Positions 55,193 through 64,000 of a stretch of DNA of 64,000 nt are shown piece after piece. Under the pieces are notes generated by a model. That model did not search any database, was not told where the DNA came from, and saw only the letters and a list, made by a program, of their open reading frames with translations. The position numbers were made by a program, and so were the translations under genes. Numbering within the stretch: the first letter of the stretch is position 1; the number at the start of each line of letters is the position of its first letter. This stretch comes from Octopus sinensis (taxonomy: Eukaryota), in contig NC_042998.1 of NCBI RefSeq assembly GCF_006345805.1, positions 163,990,001 through 164,054,000 on the forward strand, given 5' to 3'.

Positions 55193-56233
55193 CACACACA
55201 CACACACACACGTGTACGACGGACTTTTCTCAGTTTCCCCCCACCAAATTCATTCGCAAGTCTTTAGTCAGCCATTGACTTTTGTAGAAAATACTTGCTC
55301 AAGGTATCGCAAAGTATGTCGGAACCCAAGACCATATGATTGGGAAGTTATCTACAAAATTTGATGGCTATTTGACAGCTAATTATAAGAAATCGAGCAC
55401 CTGTATACGTGCCATTTCGATGTTTCATCAATAACTGTACATTGTGATTCGTATCTTTTGTTGTTGTTTAACCCCAGGCAAGCTCTGATTGAATAGACCC
55501 ATGATCGAAGATACTCAAACCATGAGTTTACCGGGAATATCATTTCAGGTTTTAAAACTGTATAGAGAAATTTATGTTCTTCCATAAATTTTTTTAAGTT
55601 GACATAGTGAAATTTGTGAAATTTGGCTAGTATTTCTAGCAAGTCAAGCGACCATATAGAGGACTCCGTCTTAATTACTGTGACGAAGTCGCTTGATTAG
55701 GCCACTCGGCTCACACACACACACACACACGTGTACGACGGACTTTTCTCAGTTTCCCCCCACCAAATTCATTCGCAAGTCTTTAGTCAGCCATTGACTT
55801 TTGTAGAAAATACTTGCTCAAGGTATCGCAAAGTATGTCGGAACCCAAGACCATATGATTGGGAAGTTATCTACAAAATTTGATGGCTATTTGACAGCTA
55901 ATTATAAGAAATCGAGCACCTGTATACGTGCCATTTCGATGTTTCATCAATAACTGTACATTGTGATTCGTATCTTTTGTTGTTGTTTAACCCCAGGCAA
56001 GCTCTGATTGAATAGACCCATGATCGAAGATACTCAAACCATGAGTTTACCGGGAATATCATTTCAGGTTTTAAAACTGTATAGAGAAATTTATGTTCTT
56101 CCATAAATTTTTTTAAGTTGACATAGTGAAATTTGTGAAATTTGGCTAGTATTTCTAGCAAGTCAAGCGACCATATAGAGGACTCCGTCTTAATTACTGT
56201 GACGAAGTCGCTTGATTAGGCCACTCGGCTCAC
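55193..56233. repeat. Apparently perfect 519-bp tandem duplication
   Basis: Identical 87-aa ORFs at 55379-55642 and 55898-56161; GTGTACGAC at 55212 and 55731. The junction falls in (CA)n / CACA microhomology. Confidence 0.92.
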
Positions 56234-56520
56234 AGTCGTAAAGTTATGAGTTCGATTCTCGGCGGTGCGTTGTGCCCTTGAGCAAGACACTTAATTTCCC
56301 GTTGTTCCAGTCTACTCAGCTGACAAAAATTAATTGTACCTGCAATTCAAAGGGCCAGCCTTGTCACATTCTGTGTCACACCGAATCTCCCTGAGAACTG
56401 CATTAAGGGCACACGTCTCTGTGGAATACTCAGCCATTTGCATGTTAATTTCACAAGCAGGCTGTTCCATTGATCGGATCAACTGGAACACTCGTCGTCG
56501 TAACCGACAGAGTGTCTGTT
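56230..56520 (+). mobile_element. SINE (third family) with B box and CORE-like segment
   Basis: GAGTTCGATTCTC B box followed by GCGTTGTGCCCTTGAGCAAGACACTTAATTTC. Confidence 0.7.
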
Positions 56521-57439
56521 CTTTAATTGCTCTGATGTGCAAATTATAATGCTAACATTCGGCAATACTGACCAATTTTTGATGCTTAACACTTGATCAA
56601 GTCTCATCGAGCAGATAGATTATCAAGCCGTAACCATTCCAATTTTTTCAGGCATGGGGTATCTACGATTTCTGTAATCCGATATCTTCTTTCATGCTTC
56701 AAGACGATGTTGTGTGATTTGCTCGTTATTTTGGGGTTTTTTCACACAGTCCAAGCGATTGTACAGATAAATTTGAAGCTCACAGTAATTTACAACTTTC
56801 GTCTGTCATCTTTGCTTCAAATCATGCGGATCTGCAACGCAGTCAACTAGCCATCTGAAAGACTATGGAAATATCATTGACAACGCGGAAGCACAAGGCA
56901 ACGGCAGCCATCTGGAGTAATCTCTATGCAAGCATGTATGTACGTATGTGTATGCTCGGGTATACGCGTGTGGAGGTGAGCATGTATAAAAATAGGAGCA
57001 AACTTAAGTATACATGTATCTTCGTTAATTAATAATAATGACGAACTGGCGGAATAGTTAAAATCTTTAAAAATGTAATATACTCTCTGTAAGTTTCTTG
57101 ACTCTACCTTTTGATTTTAAATCACTCTGAAGTAAAGTTTTCATTATTTCGAGCTTGATAAAATAAAGTACAAACCAAGTGCTAGGGTTAAAACTAAACG
57201 CCTTGTGCCTAAATTACAAACCCATTACCAACAAGGGTAAAGAATTAGAATATTTAACTTTCGGAAAGTTTTGCATATTTTTACTGTTACAGGAATCGAC
57301 TGTATTCTTAAAGTGCGTGTCAGTTGATCAATTCCGTCCTTCGTTATCTCATCTGGAAACCCGTAATTTTCAAACTTAGCGCTTAGATATTCAGCAAGGT
57401 CGATATATTATAAATGTAAATTTAAAGTGTGAATAGAGA

Positions 57440-58203
57440 AATTCTTTTCTACTCTAGGCACAAGGCCCAACATTTTGGGGGAGGGTGCCAGTCGATTAGA
57501 TCGTCCCCCAGTACGCAACTGGTACTTAATTTATCGACCACGAAAGCATGAAAAGCAAAGTCGACCTCGGCGGAATTTGAACTCCATCATGTAAAGACAA
57601 AATTCCTATTTCTTTACTACCCACAAGGGGCTAAACACAGAGAGGACAAACAAGGACAGGCAAACGGATTAAGTCGATTATATCGACCCCAGTACGTAAC
57701 TGGTACTTATTTAATCGTCCCCGAAAGAATGAAAGCAAAGACGACCTCGGCGGAATTTGAACTCAGAACGTAACGGTAGACGAAATACCTATTTCTTTAT
57801 TACCCACAAGGGGCTAAACATAGAGGGGACAAACAAGGACAGACATAGGTATTAAGTCGATTACATCGACCCCAGTGCGTAACTGGTACTTAATTTATCG
57901 ACCCCGAAAGGATGAAAGGCAAAGTCGGCCTCGGCGGAATTTGAACTCAGAACATAATGGCAGACGAAATACCTATTTCTTTATTACCCACAAGGGGCTA
58001 AACACAGAGGGAACAAACAAGGACAGACATAGGTATTAAGTCGATTACATCGACCCCAGTTCGTAACTGGTACTTATTTAATCGTCCCCGAAAAAATGAA
58101 AGGCAAAGTCGACCTCGGCGGAATTTGAACTCAGAACGTAACGGCAGACGAAATACCGCTAAGCATTTCGCCCGGCGCGCTAACGTTTCTGCTCGTCGCC
58201 TTT
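57440..58203 (-). mobile_element. Tandem tetramer of the second SINE family (~183-bp period)
   Basis: CCTATTTC recurs at 57605, 57788 and 57972. A single head lies at the minus-strand 5' end (~58150-58203). Confidence 0.88.
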
Positions 58204-58245
58204 GAATAGAAAAAATTGTAGGAGTCGAAGCGTTTGCTTTGCGTA

Positions 58246-58648
58246 TTTACTCGTTTACTCGTTTACTTGTTTCAGTCATTTGACTGCGGCCATGCTGGAG
58301 CACCACCTTTAGTCGAGCAAATCGACCCCGGGACTTATTCTTTGTAAGCCCAGTACTTATTCTATCGGTCTCTTTTGCCAAACCGCTAAGTGACGGGGAT
58401 GTAAACACACCAGCATCGGTTGTCAAGCAATGCTAGGGGGACAAACACAGACACACACATACATATATATATACATATACATATATATACGACAGGCTTC
58501 TTTCAGTTTCCGTCTACCAAATTCACTCACAAGGCATTGGTCGGCCCGGGGCTATAGCAGAAGACACTTGCCCAAGATGCCACGCAGTGGGACTGAACCC
58601 GGAACCATGTGGTTGGTTAGCAAGCTACTTACCACATACAGCCACCCC
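58246..58648 (-). mobile_element. tRNA-derived SINE, full length
   Basis: Near-identical to 9998-10450 and 28706-29126. Confidence 0.9.
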
Positions 58649-58945
58649 TTTGATCAGTTTCATTTGTATTTATGCATGTGCATGCGTGTATGCCTGGGTG
58701 AAGGTATTTGCACGCATTTATACAAATAACAGCATGTAATAACATAACTCTAAATGTATGATATTCGTCTTAGAATGCATGTGGTTCTGCTGCCGTAAGA
58801 CTTTGTTTCTGTTACATACGCATTTGTTAAGCACATTCAGGGGAGTAGCATGTGTGTCAGTGTGTGCGCCTGTAATTGTGCGCCTGTGAATGTATGCAAA
58901 AGCAGACATAAATGCATATATATTTGAGAGTTGAAGAACATATGC

Positions 58946-59008
<63 letters not shown>

Positions 59009-59056
59009 ATATATATATATGTATACATACATATATACACACATATAAATAAACAT

Positions 59057-59101
<45 letters not shown>

Positions 59102-60399
59102 ACATGCATATATACACACATATAAATAAACATTTATACATATACGTACATATACATATGTACGTATGTATATAAAGTGTGTAGGTGTGTGAATGTCGGC
59201 ATGTGATTGCATGAGTATATGCTTGTATAGCTAAGTAAATATTAATGTACATATATTTGAGGGTCGGACAACGTATTCTGTGCGCGGGCGATTGTGTGTT
59301 TGTATGTGTATTTGTGTGTCTATGTGTGTGTGTTTGTGTTTGTGTGTGTGTGTGTGTGTGCGTGTGTGTGTGCGTGTGTGCGTGTGTGTGTGTGTGGTGT
59401 GTGTGTGTGTGTGTGTGTGCGTGTGTGTGTGTGTGTGGTGTGTGTGTGTGTGTACATATGCGTGTAAAGAATACTTTTGCTGACAGCCAGGTCGAGAAGG
59501 GTTACATAGACAGAAGTGAATAAACAGAAAAGTGATACATTCACGGGAATTTCACTTGCCATCAGTGAACTCTTAAACAATACAATTTCATTAGTTAATA
59601 ATGTGTGATAATGTTACTGCAATAATGTTTTTCTGCACCCAACAATATACACGTCACTACTAAATCACAGGTCACCATAACACATTCTCTCACTCTTTCT
59701 GCCTGTTTGTATCTCTCGGTTTCTTTCTCCCATTTTTATACAGACATCTACTCACTTATCATGTATCATTCACCTCTTCCTTCCTTTCATGCATATATAT
59801 ATATCTAATAAAATAAATGCGAAAACTAATTTCTGTGTGTCAGTGTGTCACACTTTGACCCGCCCCTCTCTCACTATTCAATGACACTTCTACTATTCCT
59901 AGTGCTGGGGTGAGAGTAATAGAAGGCATAGAGACGGTGAGGGTAGTGGCGAAGAGAGAGAGAGAGAGAGAGAGGGAGAGGCAGAAAAAAGAGGGAGAGA
60001 AAGAGAGACAAAGAAATTTAGGGAGAGTTGATGATGTTTTATTAAAAGTGGTAGTGCTGATGGTGGTAGTGTGAATAATAACAGAGAGAGAAAGAGTGGG
60101 TATGTGAGAGAAAGAGGGACTGAACACTGAACCAGCAGGCTGAATTGACATACAGAACACTGATGGTAATGGAGTGATTGTAATAGTATGAGCTGCAGTT
60201 GTGATAGAGGTGAAGGAGGTGGTGATGATGGTGGTGGACGGCGAGAGTAAGCGATGTGAAAGACAGATGTGAGGGTGGTGGAGGAGAAGGCGGCGAAATC
60301 AAAGGTATTGATGGTGGTGACGTCAGGAGTCTGAATGGTGTATATGGCAGATGTAGTGGCGATGGTGGCGGTACTGTTGTCTATCATGCAGCTTTGCAA

Positions 60400-61265
60400 T
60401 AAATTCCAAGTCGACAAATTATATCATTGTTTCGATGAAAATTGTTCGTTGCTTGAAAAATATTGTTCAAGTTTAATAAAATTTAATGTTTACTCTGAAA
60501 TGGAAGCGTCAAAGCGTGATATTCGAGCAATTTTCCTATTCAACTTCAAAAAAGGACATAAAGCAGCTGAAACTGCCCGCAATATCAACGAAACGTTTGG
60601 TGAGAAAGTGACCAGTGAGTGGTCAGCTCGAAAATGGTTTAAACGATTTCGCAGTGGAGACCTGAGCCTTGAAGATCGTGAGCATAGTGGATGCCCATCT
60701 GTCATCGATAATGGTCAATTAAAGAACGTATTTGAGAAAGATCCACATAAACCCCCTCGAGAACTGACACTACCTGCAACCATTTGCATGCGATCGGAAA
60801 ATAAAAAAAGCTCGACAAATGGGTACCACACGATTAGAATGAAAATCAGGAAATATGCAGATACGAAATTTACTCGTCGCTTCTTCTCCGTAACTAGGCC
60901 GATCCATTTCTCGGCCGTATGAAAAGTGGATTCGCGATGAAAAGTGGATTCTGTGCAATAATAAAAAACGTTCTTCGCAGTGGTTGAACCAAAATGAAGC
61001 ACCGAAAATCTTCCCCAAACCCGAGCTCTTAAAAGAAAATGGTTATGGTGACTGTTTGGTGGTATACTGCTGAAGTCATCCACTATAAATTCTTAAAACC
61101 ATGAAAGATCATTACAGCAGAAACATATTGTCTTGAAATTGCCAAAACTTGTAACTCGTTGGAAAAAATGTGTTGATTGTAATGATACTTACTTTGATGA
61201 ATAAAATTTCCGCATTGTGAAAATATATTGTGATGAATTTCATCATACTTTTTACTCAGCCTGAT
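60400..61265 (+). mobile_element. Internally deleted mariner transposon
   Basis: MEASKRDIRAIFLFNFKKGHKAAETARNIN..WFKRFRSGD.SLED; DEKWILCNN; MVTVWW; LVTRWKKCV. There is a probable right TIR CTTTTTACTCAGCCTGATA; no left TIR found. Confidence 0.88.
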
Positions 61266-61513
61266 ATATATATGTATATATATATAAGCAATATAGGATG
61301 AAGTCCCTTACTCTACAGCAAAGGAATTCATCAGGAAGCGTGGGCAGTATATTTAAAAAAACCGTTACGGTTGCAATATACATCATATAATTAAGGCTAA
61401 AGAGGGTTATTCTAAAGCCAAATACACTGTTTTATCCACTTATAATCCGCTTGTTACAGGAAAATTGAAACTGAAAACGGGCAACTAACCTTTAGAAAAT
61501 TTAAATTTCGTTA

Positions 61514-61579
61514 TCTCTATATTGAATCAATTTCGGACTTAATCTTATAAAAAAAGATATATTCCTTCTTCAGTAGAAA
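61514..61579 (-). ncRNA. Type I hammerhead ribozyme, array 2 copy 1 (AUA site)
   Basis: UUUCUA-CUGAAGA-A-GGA-(25 nt)-UCC-GAAA-UUG-AUU-CAA-UA^UAGAGA. Confidence 0.78.
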
Positions 61580-62008
61580 TTTCGATGGGATATAAATAAA
61601 ATACTCACGTATGATCATGGAAAAAGCACAAGCTAAAAACATAACTACACTTGAGTACATCATTTATATCTAAAAATAAAAATTCTTTGGTCAGCCTCAG
61701 AAAACAACGTCCAGACCTTTCGCCGCTACAAATTGTAATGGTTACCAGTCCTCCTGTAGCAAGCATCGAGTTTACTACTAAGCAATATAGGATGAAGTCC
61801 CTTACTCTACAGCAAAGGAATTCATCAGGAAGCGTGGGCAGTATATTTAAAAAAACCGTTACGGTTGCAATATACATCATATAATTAAGGGCTAAAGAGG
61901 GTTATTCTAAAGCCAAATACACTGTTTTATCCACTTATAATCCGCTTGTTACAGGAAAATTGAAACTGAAAACGGGCAACTAACCTTTAGAAAATTTAAA
62001 TTTCGTTA

Positions 62009-62074
62009 TCTCTATATTGAATCAATTTCGGACTTAATCTTATAAAAAAAGATATATTCCTTCTTCAGTAGAAA
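62009..62074 (-). ncRNA. Type I hammerhead ribozyme, array 2 copy 2
   Basis: Identical motif, offset by 495 bp. Confidence 0.78.
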
Positions 62075-62503
62075 TTTCGATGGGATATAAATAAAATACT
62101 CACGTATGATCATGGAAAAAGCACAAGCTAAAAACATAACTACACTTGAGTACATCATTTATATCTAAAAATAAAAATTCTTTGGTCAGCCTCAGAAAAC
62201 AACGTCCAGACCTTTCGCCGCTACAAATTGTAATGGTTACCAGTCCTCCTGTAGCAAGCATCGAGTTTACTACTAAGCAATATAGGATGAAGTCCCTTAC
62301 TCTACAGCAAAGGAATTCATCAGGAAGCGTGGGCAGTATATTTAAAAAAACCGTTACGGTTGCAATATACATCATATAATTAAGGGCTAAAGAGGGTTAT
62401 TCTAAAGCCAAATACACTGTTTTATCCACTTATAATCCGCTTGTTACAGGAAAATTGAAACTGAAAACGGGCAACTAACCTTTAGAAAATTTAAATTTCG
62501 TTA

Positions 62504-62569
62504 TCTCTATATTGGATCAATTTCGGACTTAATCTTATAAAAAAAGATATATTCCTTCTTCAGTAGAAA
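62504..62569 (-). ncRNA. Type I hammerhead ribozyme, array 2 copy 3
   Basis: Same motif; loop III reads AUC instead of AUU. Confidence 0.78.
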
Positions 62570-62995
62570 TTTCGATGGGATATAAATAAAATACTCACGT
62601 ATGATCATGGAAAAAGCACAAGCTAAAAACATAACTACACTTGAGTACATCATTTATATCTAAAAATAAAAATTCTTTGGTCAGCCTCAGAAAACAACGT
62701 CCAGACCTTTCGCCGCTACAAATTGTAATGGTTACCAGTCCTCCTGTAGCAAGCATCGAGTTTACTACTAAGCAATATAGGATGAAGTCCCTTACTCTAC
62801 AGCAAAGGAATTCATCAGGAAGCGTGGCAGTATATTTAAAAAAACCGTTACGGTTGCAATATACATCATATAATTAAGGGCTAAAGAGGGTTATTCTAAA
62901 GCCAAATACACTGTTTTATCCACTTATAATCCGCTTGTTACAGGAAAATTGAAACTGAAAACGGGCAACTAACCTTAGAAAATTTAAATTCGTTA

Positions 62996-63061
62996 TCTCT
63001 ATATTGAATCAATTTCGGACTTAATCTTATAAAAAAAGATATATTCCTTCTTCAGTAGAAA
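62996..63061 (-). ncRNA. Type I hammerhead ribozyme, array 2 copy 4
   Basis: Same motif as copy 1. Confidence 0.78.
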
Positions 63062-63241
63062 TTTCGATGGGATATAAATAAAATACTCACGTATGATCAT
63101 GGAAAAAGCACAAGCTAAAAACATAACTACACTTGAGTACATCATTTATATCTAAAAATAAAAATTCTTTGTAACAAGCGGATTATAAGTGGATAAAACA
63201 GTGTATTTGGCTTTAGAATAACCCTCTTTAGCCCTTAATTA

Positions 63242-63322
<81 letters not shown>

Positions 63323-63324
<2 letters not shown>

Positions 63325-63840
63325 CCGTAAATCCTCGAGTATAATCCGCCCTTGAGTATAATACGCAGGGGACTTTTAGGGGGCTGTACCTCTGAAAAAC
63401 GTAAACGTTGTGTATAAGACGCACCCCTTCTCTAACTTGAGTCAAGGAGGTCTATATAACATCCTTGCTTTGTAAAAATGTATACAGTAAGGTACTTTAT
63501 TATTATTGTATATATAACATAATGCAAACATGTAGCTTTTTTGTGCATTTTGTTTGCAGAAAATAAAGAAATAACAGTAATAACGTTTAATAAATGTTGC
63601 TTACTGCAAGTTATGGATGATTCTTTTATGACTTCATTGCTTTCAGGCTTAGCTTAAGGTATTTTCGCGCCCGACATAACAAAATGTGTCTGAATAAGAA
63701 TTGCCGGAGAGCAAATAGAGACTTGAACATTGCTTAGAAAATAATTTTCATTTTTAACCTCGAATATAATACGCACTAGGGATTTGGACCTTTAAATTTT
63801 GGGGAAAAAATGCGGATTATACTCAAGGATTTATGGTGTA
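63323..63840. mobile_element. Tc1/mariner-superfamily (pogo/Tigger-like) MITE
   Basis: TIRs CCGTAAATCCTCGAGTATAATCCGC / GCGGATTATACTCAAGGATTTATGG in a TA context, with internal sub-terminal repeats (AGTATAATACGCA, ATAATACGCAC); non-coding. Confidence 0.75.
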
Positions 63841-64000
63841 TATATATATATATATACATATATACACAAAAGAGATAGATCGCAGTATCATTGGAAATAC
63901 TGGATTACATTTATTGAAGTGATATAGTTATAAAGAGTTACGCGCAAGACTTCAAGTTTCTGTATTAACGATACGATGGTTGCTGCACTTCTTCAACTGA

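Larger units (their letters stand above)
61285..63250 (-). mobile_element. Tandem array of a ~495-bp HHR-containing unit (retrozyme-like / PLE pLTR multimer) with a 5' inverted fragment
   Basis: Units start at 61285, 61779, 62274 and 62769 (3.8 copies, ending 63170). An 80-bp inverted piece follows at 63171-63250. (TA)n on both sides. Confidence 0.88.

Noticed and set aside
55395-55435. TTGATGA..GAAA on the minus strand of the 519-bp duplication
   Set aside because: C3 is mutated, there is no stem II and stem I is poor.
60335-60922. 195-aa ORF as an intact gene
   Set aside because: It is low-complexity sequence fused to a mariner N-terminus that then frameshifts; the catalytic domain is largely deleted.
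61296-61340. Second CTGATGA in each array 2 unit (minus strand)
   Set aside because: It is part of a simple hairpin (ATGAAGTCCCTT/AAGGAATTCAT) and is not followed by GAAA.

Overview
Eukaryotic, very AT-rich, repeat-saturated DNA. It is almost certainly a coleoid cephalopod (Octopus-like), judged from the tRNA-head SINE families and the extreme density of (TA)n, (CA)n, (TATC)n and (CATA)n tracts. I found no intact protein-coding gene. Most ORF-track entries are microsatellite translations, and the rest are decayed transposon fragments: Penelope-like (PLE) RT/GIY-YIG pieces, a CR1-group LINE, a CRE-like endonuclease remnant, two mariners, MITEs and a probable non-autonomous Helitron. The main result is a hidden layer of type I hammerhead ribozymes (HHRs), found by manual folding: about 20 intact or decayed motifs from roughly ten unrelated sequence families. 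Two unrelated head-to-tail arrays of ~490-495 bp units (13002-14673 and 61285-63250) carry one complete HHR per full unit. Each array also has an inverted fragment at its sense 5' end and sits inside a (TA)n tract. This fits non-coding retrozyme-like, PLE-mobilised elements that would self-cleave into ~490-nt monomer or circular RNAs. Ribozyme activity, expression and novelty are inferred, not tested. Coordinates were counted by hand, and element ends may be off by a few bases.
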